From positions 1-47,348 of the forward strand of contig KZ538955.1 of NCBI GenBank assembly GCA_000934665.2: DNA of 47,348 nt. Direction: 5' to 3'. This document shows, one piece after another, positions 21,622 to 36,406 of this stretch. A program made the position numbers and the translations under genes. Below the pieces are notes generated by a model, which had not been told where the DNA came from, made no database searches, and saw only the letters and a program-made list of their open reading frames with translations. The stretch's first letter is position 1. Each line of letters opens with the position of its first letter. Source of the DNA: Catajapyx aquilonaris (lineage: Eukaryota).

Positions 21622-24600
21622 AAAAAAAAAAAAAGAAGGAAGAAAAAAATGGTGTGCTTTTCCCTTTCCCCTCGCAGCAGTGTGGAAATCTTAACGACGT
21701 CGGGGACTCGGGGCAGGAAAAATACGGCCCATCCTCAAGTCATGCAAAAATCGTTTCCTACTGGCGCTTCTTGTGTTCCCCCCTCCCTCTCGACTCCCCC
21801 CCACATCCAACTCCCCCATAAAGCCTTGTGAAGGCCCTGCCCCTCGCCGATAACCGAATGCAATTTCGTGAGTCACCAATAAGGCCGTTTTCCCTCGGCC
21901 TCCCCTTTTTTCCTTCTCCCTTGGGCCGGCATCAAAACTCCAGCAGGGCTCCTGGATCCTGGATCTCCAATGGCCGCCCCCCCGATCATGAAAAATGTCG
22001 TCTGTCTCTCCACCCCCACCCCCCCTTCCCCAAGCCCACATCACCAAAGCAGGAAAGGATAGGCCCCAATTTCCATGCCTGGAGTATCGACACATCGCTT
22101 TTTCACTTTGATATCGCCATATGTCTTGGACACGTGCCAAACCTGGTACGTAAACATCACAGCGTTTATATTTCGGCTTTCTTACTAAAAAATTTAACAT
22201 GCTAATCATATGCAGGATGGGGTCAATAATTTATGACCAGCCGGCCCTCCAGCTTATTCATTGCTGGAAGCGGAATGCTTGGACGCTCCATAAAATTTGT
22301 CAATTCATTACTTTCAGATATGTATACTGTATACATATCATTATTGTGAAACCTCAACGTCATTTGATCTTATAAGCCGTCACACGCGTTATGTGTGGTG
22401 CAATATCAAGACAATTTTCAAATGGTCAGTGCTCTCGCAATTAGTGCTTCCTGCATAATGAAGCCCGTTGTGCCAAACATCTCTCCTCTACAGTGTGGAG
22501 AACAAGAGGCAGCACGAGGAGGAAGCATTGATCACTAAAGGAACATAGTCTTGTCCTTCCCTTACCCACCCGCCGTTTCCCCCCCTAACCCCTTCACCAA
22601 CTTGGAGACATTGTCCAGGAACCTAGCAAGACGCGTCCATTGTGCGACAGTAATTAGCCCTAATCCCTTCCCTCCAAAGACATGATTGACTCTAATCTGA
22701 GTACAAGTTGCGTGGTTCGTTGTCTAGTAACTTATGCATGGTCGGACTGCATCACCTGATATTGCTCTTTGTAGCGGTTTTATTTATTCACTTTTTGACA
22801 CCCCTGTCCTCGGGCTTGCTTATCGTGCCAGTTCAATTTGAAATGCACTGTTACACTGTGGAACGGTGCTGGGCTGCAATATATAGGGAAGAAAGAAGAG
22901 AGCATCGAATTGGACCTGGGGGGCAGCTGAGGCAGGCACTGAAGCAGGCACATATCATCAGGCCGAGACATACCTATTGATCGGTCCAAGGAAAGGGGGG
23001 GCTGGGCTGCTAGGAGACCAGCAGAGAGAGAGACCAAGAAAATGACGCGAGGCCGTCAACAGCTCCTCGGACTAGTAGGACTTCCAACCAAGGAGCCTGT
23101 GACAGACTGCCATCCTGCGGCCGACTCCTTTCCCTCGACAGGCATGCCAACTTTTTGCACTCTCTTCGATTATATAGCCGACACTTGCAACAGCCGTCAT
23201 TGTGCGACAACAACAGGACATTATTATAAGCCTGGAATGGTACTATAGCTACACATTATAACAGGGCATTTAGAATCAAATACTGGATATCGATTTCTAT
23301 CGGTTAGTTTCTCTCACATAGGTGAGTGTTACTATGTTTGTCCAGAATTCAGATATTTTCATTGCACATATATGTACATATGAAGTGTCTGCAAAAATAA
23401 AAAGGAAAGGCAAATTCTTTATGGGATGAATTACAATCAAATGCAAAATAAAGCTTTCCAACAAATTCTGAAATTTAAAAATAATATTAGAACATCCATA
23501 TCATATACATAACAATATAAAACTGGGTCCTGCATAGTGTAAAGACGAAAAAAATAAGTTAGGAAAATGCACTAGTCTACTGATGTAGTAGGCCTATTGT
23601 AGTTGAATCACCTTTGTGATGGCCCGATGCTTTCAACTTATTACATTTGCGAGCCGGCTTGTTGTTTGCTCGGGTTTCTGTAAACCATAATATTAAGACC
23701 TAAAGTAGGACCATACAGTATATTATTTTCACAAAACATGGCTTGAATACATGTAGACATACTGTACATTGCAAGATTAATATGCAACTGCAATAACATA
23801 TAATTACAATATAATTCAGGTATAGAGTATGACATTGTTGGACTTACTCAGTTACTAGATAATTGTGTCGTCATGTAGCAAAAGCAATAATTAACATTAC
23901 TACATTAATTAATGGACTATTAATATTGTTCATATGCATTGATAAATCATATAATACGATAATTTGTAAACAATACGGTATATTATGAATGTCGTACATC
24001 TGGAGGTATGGTAGTATGGAGGTATGGTGTATACATTTTATTTGTAACTGTCAAATGACAGTATAATTATGTTGAGGACATTTAAAGCGAAGTAGTATAA
24101 CGGATATAAAAGTAAGTTATAAAGTCAGAGACCGGTTTGAGGACACGCCTTGTAGCATACATGATTTAGGAGTGGGGATCGAAGGGGAGGTTCCTTTTTT
24201 ATATTGCTGCAGGTGTTTCAAGCCAAGCTTATGCAATGTGTTTTAAAAGAAGCAAAACAAATCACTGATTTTGCCAATATCTACAGTACTTTGTCGAGCA
24301 GGCGCATTGTTGCAGCGTTGTGCGGAAAATAGCATGTCATTTTAATTTTATTCACAATTAAATTGTGTCCAATGGAATTATTAAGGCAGGGGAGTATATT
24401 TTACTTCAATTGTTGCACATTTACATAATTTCCCATAACACTATACAGTATACAGTATATACTCCCGGGGGGGGGGGGGGGGGGGGGGGAAGGANAAAAT
24501 AACCAAACGGTGCAAAATAACATCTGCAAAATTCTTGGTCGCAATATTCTTATGGATACCACATCCAGCTCGACGGAGTAACCCTTCACACTCTTCCACC

Positions 24601-27600
24601 TATTTTGCAAGTGAAAATGTTATGGTACGCGTGATACACATCTATAAGCCATAATGGATTTTCTGTGTTGGAATCTAGAACTCCAGATCCCTGCAGTAGA
24701 GAGTGGCATTGCCACGAAACAAGAGGCAAGTGCGCCATTCTCGACTTTCATCCACTTCCCAAGAAACCAGGTCCGGCCATTTGCTGGATTTTCAGAGGCA
24801 TAATGCAGGCTTGAAGCGCGTAAAAGGGAGCTATACCTGTCACAAACAACTCCGCACCATTACCAAAGCCTGCTGCAGCCGGGAGTTTTGTTGCTAACTC
24901 TTCGTCTACTGCTGCTGCCTTGCACACCAAGAAGAAGAAGAAGAAGCCAAGATGGCTTCCGAGGTCCTCCGGCGACATAAAAAGCCCCATTTGATGTCAT
25001 GGGGGAAATAAGCCGGCATATAGTTCTCGGGTGGCGCTGCTCAATGGCCGGAAATGCGTGTGAGGATTCTCCTTCTCCAGACACAGGAGGTACATTTCAG
25101 AAGATACTGGACCTCCAAGCAATCCCATCCATTCAATCGTCCACAAGTGTAAATAGAACCTAACTAGCATCAACCAATAACGTAATGAATTGCTCTTAAT
25201 TGGCTCCATTATCGCGGTCCTCAGAAAGGGATATAAACCATTTCGGATTGCCGTTTGAATGGTGAAGCATTTAAGACGTATTTTGCCTTAGTGGTCCCTT
25301 CTGCGAGCTGACAAAGATTAACTTCTCTTTGGCAAATATTGTCCTTTTAGTCAGGCTAAAAGATTGAGTGTTGTGATGTGACGGATTTTGGAAACTTGCG
25401 AGACGCGTCAACTCTTTAGAGATCCTGGAGAATTTTGGAGAACAGATTATCACGTATAATACCCTGAAACACTTAGCATAATTATATCACTTCAAAAGCA
25501 TAGCGAACAAAAAAATTAGACAGGAATTATGTAATTTTTAGGTACAAAACACTTTTAATGTAGGTTAGAAAATTATAACTTCGTCGACTTTATTGCACAA
25601 TTAGGAAGATTGCATAACTCCATTCTATACATGCGAAATTGACTCTGTTGCTTTTATTGTCAACAAGGATTTATTGCTGATGATGTAAAAACTGGAATTC
25701 AAAAAATTCGGGGTATACGGGATTTTTGGACAAATAATGACATTAATAAATTTTTTCTGGTTTAATTATACTGCACCTTAATTGTATTATTTATATGTTG
25801 CTTTCAATTGAAATTTACAAAATTATCACAAAGTGGTACAATTTGTTTTTAAAATCGGAGACAGACATTCACAACGCTCAAGGTTTTAAAAAGTAACAAC
25901 GAAAATTTAAATTATAAGTGTTAATAATTTGGTGTCTTGTTGAGGTTAATTCTATAAATTATATTAACTTTTGGAGACTTTTACAGCTAAACCTTAAGAC
26001 TGATCCAATTTCATGCGGACTATCCGGTTGTCAGATACTGTATCTCTAAAACTATTTCGAGCTTCAGTTTCAATAATGCAATGTGTCTAGGTATATAGTA
26101 TGCGATTCAAAAGGGTCAACTATACAGGTAAGGAATATTTGCTATGCAGTGTGACCTTTACGTCCCACAGACACACATCTATGTTCATGATTCAGATAGT
26201 GCCTCGCACCACTAAACTGTGTTCCTACACCATCTTGCTGAAGGGGGTTAGAGGTTGTACTTGGTTTGAGAAAATGGCAACAATCCATCCATCATGCCTA
26301 TAGTGTGAGGCTCGGCGCTCCACAAAGATTTAGCGGTGAGACAAATGCCTGACAACCTATATAAGTTGTCAAACTTGACCCACTTGATATTCTCCTTTGG
26401 GTCATGCGAATAACATTTTCTAGCATGTTAAGGTCAGAAGGGACCTCCAGAAGCTGACCGGCAAACCTGTTAAGGACGCTGTAGCAGGTGATCCGCCATG
26501 ATACCTCCTATAGAAAAAGTACGGTATCATCATACGTGTTTCCGACTGTGTCTGAGAGTCTATACCTCGTTACAAGTTGGTTTCTCGATGTTCCTCATAC
26601 TTTCATTTTAGATTTTATTGGGCCAAAAGTGGGTCGGTAGAGAAAAAAACCACTGTATTCAAGCTCAAAGATGGTGGTTGTACAGTACCTTTTCAGAGAG
26701 AGAAAGAAATATGGTATAGAGTCAGCAATGTGATTAAGTATAATGACGTAATATTAAAGCATATTTCTTGCGTTTTCTATCGGTATAACATCCACTCCAT
26801 GTCAACCATTCATGCTCACAGAAAATATACCTACATTCTTAATGCATATTAAAGTGCGTTTGATTCAGTTTGAGTAAAATACCAAGTGACTTTTCACTCA
26901 ATCTTCTCTCTGAAATGGGACTTTGTTTTTTCGTGGGGTTTTTCACTCAATATTTAAGTCCCTTTCAATATATTATTAGTCACTCTAGCGCTAGTCGGTG
27001 AATGAATTCCGCACTCACTGTCTCTCGAAAATTGCTCAATCTGGGCTTGAATTCTTTTTCGCACTTTAGCGGATCTTTGATATAAGTATAATATACTGTA
27101 AAACCACTAAAACGGTATCTTAATCTGTAAAAGTCGATTTGAGTGGAAGTGGACAACAAAAATAATATCAATGCTATTGTACGTTTTCAGGAACTCTGAT
27201 GGTCCCTTGTGACTGCAATGAGAGGAAGGGGAGATTGGGAAACAAAAAAACAGCAACAATTAGTGTGAAATTTTACGACTGGTAGTTGTATACGGACTAA
27301 TGAAAGAAAGTGTGAAAGAAAACACGTTATCTAATACTCTTTGGTGACATGCATTTACATTTTACAGTATAAAGTTTTGTGGTTTTTGCGGGCTTGAGTA
27401 TCAACACTTTTGCATGTCGTCAATTTATTGTTGGAATAAATTCGAATAATTTCAATGCGGGTGTAATATCCTATCAATGAAAAATTTCAACCGTATTTCC
27501 AAAATAAGTAGCCATGTAGATCAAACTATAACCTAATGATACACATCAGCATGTACTCTGTCTCCAGTTATGCAAGTATGTACAAGAAAAAAAGCATACC

Positions 27601-28128
27601 ACCCACCTTTTTATTTCTTGTGGACTGGTCATACGATACTTGGGCCCTATGAGGCATGGCGTGCTTTTATATGTTTTTAAATACGGTATACAGTTTCAGA
27701 ACAATAACACGCTATTACTGATTCGTGATCTGCAGCAAATTGTGTGAGTGATTTCAAGTCATTGAATTATGACACTGACACGAAGAATCAATATTAGAAT
27801 AAAGCTTTAGAGTAAATTGCCTATAAAGGAAAAGTCACATGGGACTTGTGGTAGTCCGCCAAGCCCATGGGCTCGAAACCACAACTTTCCCGTCACCACC
27901 CGCTAAGAATATGTAAAATGGGGGTTTTGTGCCGTAAAATATGAGTGCCTCTCTTTTGCCTGTATTTTGAACAGTTTTGTTAACATGTTCACTTGAAAGT
28001 TGATATATCTGGAAGCTACAATTTGACATTAATCTGACAAATGAAGAAGTCCTCATTGTCAGAATCACACTGGAATCATCGGCTGAAAATTCCTTTGCAC
28101 AACATGTCTTTGGGCGAAATTATGGGTA

Positions 28129-28473
28129 CAGTTTGAGAATCGTTTATCCGAAATGCTTGCAACCGGAAGTGTTTCGGATTTCTGATTTTTTCGGATTATG
28201 AAATATTTTTCGTGCAGTTGTATCTATATATCAATTGGGACTGCTTTGGGATGGGATAAATGCCTCAAAAGCTACCCAAATATACATTTCTTAATATTTC
28301 TTAATACAGGCCATACATTAGCCCTGGAGGAATAGTTTGTAAATTTGAAATAGTTTTGTATACAGGTAATAGTCATGTTCTATACTCACATGAAATATCC
28401 TATTTGTGGCTCGTCATATCAGCACTCAAGAAACCTTCGAATTTTGGAATTTCGGATAAAGTATTCTCAACTA
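28129..28473 (+). mobile_element. Tigger4/Zombi-like MITE copy
   Basis: TA|CAGTTTGAGAATCGTTTATCCGAAATGCTTGCAACCGGAAGTGTTTCGGATTT ... TTTCGGATAAAGTATTCTCAACTA|TA. Confidence 0.85.
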
Positions 28474-31400
28474 TAAAAATGTCCTCTCCTTGTCAAAATA
28501 GTGTCAGTGTCAAGTTCTATAGGGGCTCGAAAGCAAGGTATAAGTTACAAGGTTTCAAATTTTTCACACGGATATGCTGTCATTTTACTTAGTTTGAGCA
28601 GGTTCATTTAAATAAGGATAAATGTTATCCATTCACAATACCGCAATGTAATGGCCATGTGGAATGGGATAGAACAGGATAACATCCTGCCCTTTCTTCA
28701 ACCCTGCTGGTATATACATATCCTAGCCCTGTAAAAAACTTTGTAACACATATCCTCGATCAAAGAGAAGCACCTCATTACAAAATTGGTTCATTGATAT
28801 ACAAATATACAGTATAATATAGAAAGCTGTCTATACATATAATTATATAAGTTAGTTTGATCTGTGTCGGTCATTAAGCATGTGTCCCGATATGGTTAGT
28901 AGATTGACTGTACACATTCATATGTATATCTTACCACACATGACTTCTGCCTCTGCATAAGGCTTAGGATTTCATAAAGAAAAATTTCGGTTATAAATCG
29001 TAATGATTGAACAAAGTGATTGACGTTTTTAAATTCTCCTGTGTAGGACCTGTAAATATGTGACTATTGTAAGTACGACAACGTTTGGGTGAAAGATATA
29101 TGAAATGGACATCCTCCAGCAATGGTATAGCAACTTTTAGCAATGATAAATATACAATTATACAGTGTGTTGTAGAATGTACTGCTCACATCCATGTAAC
29201 ACACTTATATTATGAACATCTGACACCACTTTACGACTAGGCCTTTGAAAGCGCATTAACGATCTGCAATTCTTCAAATTATTTCTGTAACTGAAAAAAA
29301 AAAAGGCCCAATGTGGAATCAAGCGGCCAAAAATTTCAGCTTCCTAAACCCTACGCAAGAATTCCATCAAAACTCATTATGAGCACGTGGGCCCAGCAGC
29401 CGCATCCCATCACTTGGCATAGTTGGCCCTCCAGAAAGAAAAGGCATGGGGGGAAAAAAAGAGGAGGTGGGGGACCCCCCACCGTCGCTTTTACCCCCCT
29501 GCTTTTTTCGTCAATCCCTTTGCCTTTATCTCGGCGGACCCAAGGAGATGGAATATGTATAGATTTTTTTCCACTCCCCCTCCCCCTTTTCAGCCCAGGG
29601 ATTTCGGCGGATTGTTCCTTCATTCAAATGATTCTCGTCGCCCAGCCGCATCTTCTCTCGCCGGAATTGCTCTTCGCCTAGCTCTCCAGTCCACCTTTAA
29701 CGCCTTTCATAATAATGCCCACTGCCCAAATAACCACCACCATAAAAAAGCAACACCTTCAGATTAAATTGCTTTTATGGAAATATGTATTTTTTTTTTA
29801 AGGCCGCAGGAGGATGTGAATAAGTCAGGGGTGTAATCCTGGTACAGTTGGCTGCCTCTAATCAGAAGCCTAACGGTTGAAGTTGGCTTCATGGTCTCAG
29901 CCCCAATTGCTACTCAAACAACCTGGGCTCTCTGGAAGACGAGGCTTGGTGTTTCCAAGTCCTTGCAAATTAGTGGCTCATTTATTTCTTTATATCGAAA
30001 AAAAAAGAGCCAGGAGTATTGTCGAGGTTCCTTGAAATGTTTCTCCTAAATTATTTCTATTGACTCGTAATTGCAGGATGGTGATTGAAAGTCATTATTT
30101 TGTTAACCAAAAAACATTTCGAAACGACACTTCTTGTGCAAGGCAGAGTGTCGTGTCGAAATGTCAATTTGAAACGAACCGCTTAATTGGTGCAGCGTTG
30201 AATAAAACCAGCTTAATGAGTTTCCGGAAAGTTTCCAGGCTGGGTTTCACATGGGTTTTTAACTTTTTCCTCTCCACTTATAACTCACCCGTTGTTCAGC
30301 TCAAAGTGTCCGCACTAACTCCTACCTAACGGGCAGTGACAAACTAAACTGTGTGACCCACACGTTTTTCAAGCTTGGAAAAAAAAAAAATCTAACCGGA
30401 GTAGCAAGATGGGTACAACAGGGTGTAAAAAAAAAGAGAGGAGCTCCAGTTGCCTGGGTAGCAGAGTTCCATCCCTTGTGCATAAATCTCCCTAAAAAAG
30501 AGGGGAGAGGGGGCAGTTTTTAGTCCATGGAGCTCCCGGAGGCGCGACATGTCCAAAGAAGTCCCCTTTGAGCCCCTCTTTTGCGTTTTAGAAAAAAATA
30601 GAGTAGTAAAAAAGTGGGAGGGGTGGACAAGAGCAAAAGGGAGGTAGGAAGTTGATTGTAATCGTAGGGAACATGGGGCGAAGAACCGGTTCCACCCAAT
30701 TCGGGTGACACAAAGAATGGCTTGATTTGGGGGACATTTTCAAAATGGGTTTCACCCCCCGCCTTCTGCTCTTTACCCCGTTCTATCCCTCCTTAACAGT
30801 GTGCTATTGCCCACCTAACTCTTTTTGGCCAACGGAAGCCTCCCCTCTGTCGCTCTCTCCCTCACATGTTCGCGTGTCTACGCGTCAATGTCCGATGCAT
30901 CTGCCTCCTGTAATCCCTTCTTCCTCTAAGGCGGAAAATTAAAACTTGTACAAGTAGACGAAGATATGGACGAAGACAATGTGTCGGCGTTGTCATCTTA
31001 TGCACCGCAGCAGCACTGTGAACCTGCGTGATAAAAGAGAATTTTCTTAAAGTTGAATATCGATGAATTGATATCGATACATAGAAAAATATTGTTCAGG
31101 AAATGCAGAACTATTAGCAATTTAAATATAATATCGTAATTTTAAAAACCGTTATGATACATGACCTCTCCTAAACATTTTTGTTATGAACTCACTATAC
31201 GTTTTCCTGTAATCACCAGTCCTTGTGAACATCACACTGCCTATTTACGCAGATTACACAGTTTGTGCTGAATAGAATGCAACCCGCTCAGTGAATGTAA
31301 AATCGGCAGCCGTTCAACTCCGCCTATGAAAGCGGCCTTCAATTTCGGCCTCATATAGCCTTCCCAGCAGTGCATATCTAAAATGATTGGGTCCTTTACA

Positions 31401-31950
31401 TGCATGTATAAAAAGAGGTGGTAAAAATTCCTCCCCCAGCAGGGCAGCTTGACAAGGGTGGCGTCCAGTAGGCAGGTGACAGGAAGTCCTGTTGACCCCT
31501 CGCTCAACGTATACACACAGAACAACATTTGTAGGTCGCGGACCCTAACCTAACCCTTCTTGTGTCCTTTGAAGGAAGGACCAGGCTTCCTGCCTTTTGC
31601 ATGCATGCAATTTGGGGGTGAAAAGAGGGCCTGGAGCACAATGGACGACACTCCCGGAAAGGGAGTTTGCGGCCTAAGACTAGCTCTCAAATGCTTGCCT
31701 GATTTGTAAATCAGGCCGACGCGCGGCTCCAGCTCTTGTGTCACTACAGTCTACATGGATGATAAACACCTTGCCGTTGCATCTGCACAAATGGGTGTCG
31801 GACTCCTACTTTCCCTTCTTACCACCTTGCGAGGGTCCAGATACATTATACATACAGTTTATTGCATAATTACTTCGTCACATGGGTGCAAACGACACTT
31901 TGACAGTACAGAAAACACCTTTCGTTAATTGTGTACCAAACAATAATAAT

Positions 31951-32026
31951 GAAGGGTTGCCTCCAACAACGTTGTATGTCAAACCTCAGAATAGGTAACA
32001 TACAACGTTGTTGGAGGCAACCCTTC
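31951..32026. repeat. Perfect 29-bp inverted repeat with 18-nt loop
   Basis: GAAGGGTTGCCTCCAACAACGTTGTATGT / ACATACAACGTTGTTGGAGGCAACCCTTC. Confidence 0.95.
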
Positions 32027-32033
32027 CATGGTA

Positions 32034-32371
32034 CAGGTTGAGAATCCCTTCATCCGAAAATACAAAATCCAAAGGTTTTTGAAACGGGCTGACATGATAA
32101 TTTTAACAAGTAGAAAATTCCATATGAGTATGACATGACCAGAACCGATAGAATCTGTATCATCAGTATGTATACAAATTAAATTGATACATAAACCTGC
32201 CTTTAGGATTCCTGTATAACTTTTATTAAGAAAATGCACATGTATAATATATAGATATAGAGTTCAGGCATTTATCCCATTCCCATTTCAGAGATGAAAA
32301 TATACCAATATTCCGAAATCCGGAACACTTCCGGCCCCAATAATTATTTCGAATAAAGGATTCTCAATTTG
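32034..32371 (-). mobile_element. Tigger4/Zombi-like MITE copy (inverted)
   Basis: TA|CAGGTTGAGAATCCCTTCATCCGAAA ... TCCGGAACACTTCCGG..TTTCGAATAAAGGATTCTCAATTTG|TA. Confidence 0.85.
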
Positions 32372-32734
32372 TAATGACTAAACTATAGCAACTAAAACTT
32401 CCCAGGTTTGCTAGATTCGCATTATTATGAACAATTCATCGAATATGAGAGTCATGAAATATTTAACAATAATAGCCGGGCGATAATAGCAATATATTAA
32501 ATTATATTAATACATGCTATTACATAATTATATCTCTAAACATACAGTATCTTAAGCCAGCCATAAATCGCAGAAACAAGTCAAACGAAATCAAACGTTC
32601 AAAACATTATCCGCGTTTCGGCACGGACAAATTTACATACACTCTACATTATAATTACAGCTATAATGATATTTTGCAATAATGAGAATGATTCCTTGTA
32701 GGTTCACAATTATAAATTAATAAGCAACGACTTC

Positions 32735-33117
32735 GGGTGGAATTTTCATCTTACTACTATATAGTTACTTCTAACTTAGCAGTACCAGTGTAATGCAATA
32801 ATAATATAATAATAATAAATCATTCCCCGTTATCAGCCTTTTTCGGCTCTTTGGGGGGGAAGTTTTCTTTTGCCTGGAACTCTTTTCTTTCATTTTACTG
32901 CACTTTTTGGGATGGGATATGGACGGATGGAAGCGGCTGTGGCCTGTTAATTACGGAAACAACTCCGGAATTTTCCTGGAAGGACCGTGGGAAACCACAG
33001 AAAACCATGGTCAGAGTTGCCGGTCCCGGGATTTGATCCCAGGACCTCCCGATTAGCAGTCGGACAGTGTAATGCAATGCTAAGTTAGCAGTAAATTAGC
33101 AGACGAAAATTCCACCC
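32735..33117. mobile_element. Small MITE (GGGTGGAATTTTC termini, TTC flanks) interrupted by a SINE
   Basis: GGGTGGAATTTTCATCT..TTACTTCTAACTTAGCA is inverted relative to TGCTAAGTTAGCAGTAA..AGACGAAAATTCCACCC. TTC on both sides. Confidence 0.7.
32800..33064 (-). mobile_element. 5'-truncated tRNA-derived SINE of a type common in arthropods
   Basis: Minus strand has B-box-like GGGATCAAATCCC, body GGTTTTCTGTGGTTTCCCACGGTCCTTCCAGGAAAATTCCGG..AGGCCACAGCCGCTTCC, and a (TTA)n tail. 14-bp TSD CAGTGTAATGCAAT at 32786-32799 and 33065-33078. Confidence 0.88.

Positions 33118-33119
<2 letters not shown>

Positions 33120-33166
<47 letters not shown>
33120..33166. repeat. (CT)n microsatellite
   Basis: Dinucleotide run. 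Confidence 0.95.
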
Positions 33167-35972
33167 AATAATCTACAAAAAACCAGACATAATATTCATT
33201 ATTATACGCGAAATATTCGCAAACAACTCGCCAAATTTCCGTATTATCTACACTCTACAGAATGCAGTCTAAAATCTGTTTCATATTAGGTTATTATGCA
33301 AATTGGGCACATACTGTCCTAAAGATCTCCTGTGTTATTATTGATAATGTAATAGGCATATTCCATTTTTACCAATGTGCTCACTGCAATAATCATCTTA
33401 GAAATTTGACAGCTAATCAAAGCACCATGCATGAGACATGTACTTGAGAGATATAGTACAATATTGCTGGAATATCCGGCATGAATCTCTAGCAAAATGT
33501 TATGATTTGTTCATGCTCACTGTTGATCATATACGAGGTATAAGTGCTAGAGCAAATATTGCTACAATTGACCTGTCGCAGCACTTGCTCAGCAAGTGCA
33601 ATGCTTTAACCGAGTATGATCCCCGGGATATCAAGTTGTTTTATACAGTACAATGTCGATTATCCGAACTTCGATCATCCTGAATTGTCTGAAAAGCTCT
33701 ACACAATGTTCATTTGATCATTATCTCTATTTACAAAGTCTACAGGACAGGAGTCAATATGTGCGTAATTTCTTTTCAATATCATAGTTACTGTATTTGT
33801 CAGTGAAAAGTTACAATACTCTATTTCCATATAAGTTAACCGATTGATACATATACATACATGTATATATTTATGTACTGTATGTTTTTGGAATATATTG
33901 CACATTTTCTCATAATAGATAATGCCAGTTTTCTCAAAAACTTTCAATATTTTGCAATGATGAGAATGATTCCTTGTAATATGTCCAGAGCGAACCAGTC
34001 AGTTGTGTCAAGTGTGAGACATTTGACACATTTTGAACAATACAGTATATTTATATAACCTTGCAGGTTTTGTACGTTCAGCTTTCTATATAACGAATAT
34101 TAAATACAGTACAATAGTGTACAAGACTCATGTAGCTATGTATGGAAAATTAAATTCACATTTGAGAAGCTGCCGCGAGAATATGTTTCATAATTACATA
34201 AATATATAGGTTACATAAAATTTTCATTAAATTGTCCACTAATTTCTACAAGGGAAAAAAATATCAAAGTGGTGTGACAGTTAAACTAAAACGCTTGCGT
34301 ATCACAGGTGTTTCCGGTTTATCATTCAAAATAATATGATTATTGTAACAACTCACGAAGAGCATAATATCATATAATTATAGCACTCCTTCATTAGGCG
34401 ACATGATTTTTTGCACATGTGGCTATGAAATAGTTTGCCCGCACAATATTATTAAAGCTTATAGTGGCTTATAGTGAAGTATAAGCGGATAAGTGATTGC
34501 AGTGTTAAATGTGGAGTTGCTTAAAATGGAGTTGAGAACATGCCCATATGATACAAGTACAGTATAAATAATAGACATAAACGACGTCAGCATTTCGTCG
34601 TCATTCTCTTCACTTACTAGTACTATCAACGCTATAGTAGCATTTATAATAATGAAACCGATAATAATTGATTTTTAATAGCCATTACTATCATCGTTTA
34701 TAGTAGGAGAAATATGACGAAGATATAATATGACCGATTGACACTCAGGAAAAGTTTTTTTGTTGTTGTTGAAAAAGTGAGAATACCATCTTCATTGCAT
34801 CTTTTTGACATATGGAAATAAGACAGATTCAAGATGAAATGGTTAGCCAGACATAGAACGATGTGTTTTATAAATTTATCCCAGAGGTGATTAGCCGACT
34901 AATGTTTGTCATTTTCAAAATGCGTTGTTCAAGTTGCATGAAATAACTCTAGCGTATTATTTTGTACAATAAATTCGACAAAATGTAGGCCTGTGGAAGG
35001 ATATTATATTTATAATTTTGATTATTGCCTTATACGTGTATATGACTTGGATTTAAATTTTTTCACATCGAACATAGGACCGACTGGATGGAAAAATTGT
35101 TTGTGATGATTCGCCATTACAGCACGGTGCAGTATTAAAAGGCAGCCTTAAGTTTCAACTTTGGAAAGAATTTTACAGTGCAAAGGAGGCTGATGTGGCT
35201 ATACCAATCGATATCGCACAAATTCCCTATTTTTTTTTGGCTTGATTCGTTTTTAGGTTTGCAGTATTGTATTAATATAGATTGAAATAATATATTACGT
35301 GTCGGAAGCTATTCCGGACTGAAATTGATTAGCGACAATAATTAATGTGGAGCATCTGGTCAAAAGAACAGTGTCGAGAAATATATTTATTTTATAATTA
35401 TCAATTTTATTGTTTATGCCGTGTAGGCCTACGTAGCCCATTTAACAGCGTATGACATGCAATTATCATGTACACAGGAACGATATATTCCATAAATAAC
35501 TTTACCTGCTGAAGCAGATATTTATTTAAAACCATTAATTTAAATCGTTCCTGGATAATGGGAATTTGACATAGGCTGCGTACTTTGCATCCTTCACGTC
35601 TTAATTTTTATGAGCAATGAGATAGCAGTTTTAAAAAGACTTATTCAAAGATATACTTCATAAATGATAAGAAGCATATTATAATAATTATACATGCATA
35701 AAAGGAGCCGAAACAGTTGGTTTCATTCACGTATCAAAGTTACTGGTAATTGATAGAAAACTACTATAAAAATACAGCCGGTCTTTGCATGTTGTATACT
35801 GTAATACTGAGTACCTTCCCAACAATGAATGAACAATGGTTTCCATAGTTATTAATTGTTGCGCAGCTACTACTACATGCGTAAATAAGCCAAACAACCG
35901 GCGCACATAATTAATACCGTATATAATTACACAACAATCATTACACACAATGAAACAGTCTATTAGCGAAAA

Positions 35973-36207
35973 TCTATATAAATAAAGCCGTTTGTGATCT
36001 GTCTGTCTGTCTGTCCGCCCGGAACGCCACCCATCATTTGCCTGCCATCTGTGGTGCGCCTCCTATACCTCCAACCTCTCCTGTCCTTCCGACCCGGCCT
36101 TCCTTCCTTTAATTAAGATTCTTAATGACATGTGTTTTCTTTTGCCTGTCCTTTTCAGGTTACTTTCCATTCATTTCTTCCCGAGCAACGCCGGGTATGA
36201 CAGATAG
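35973..36207 (+). mobile_element. Short non-autonomous Helitron
   Basis: A|TCTATATAAATAAA 5' end, (CTGT)n microsatellite, 3' hairpin CCCGAGCAACGCCGGG, then CAGATAG|T (CTAG variant), inserted between A and T. Confidence 0.8.
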
Positions 36208-36217
36208 TACTACATAA

Positions 36218-36363
36218 CAGTGCGGAAAACGAAACGGCGATCTGACGTGGTGTCAAGGTTTCCATGGAAATACCCTGACACAACAGTACGAGTAAACAAT
36301 GTCAACAAAAAAGAACAATGTAAGAAACGATGACGTCAGATCGCCGTTTCGTTTTCCGCACTG
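36218..36363. mobile_element. 146-bp MITE with TAA duplication (PIF/Harbinger-type target)
   Basis: TAA|CAGTGCGGAAAACGAAACGGCGATCTGACGT ... ACGTCAGATCGCCGTTTCGTTTTCCGCACTG|TAA. Confidence 0.88.
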
Positions 36364-36406
36364 TAATAGTCTATAATTGCAAGAATAGAATATGCAGTGT
36401 TGGCCG

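Noticed and set aside
21298..22209. ORFs of 125-177 aa
   Set aside because: One spans the N gap and homopolymers. The others are low-complexity GC-rich frames with no recognisable domain or splice context.
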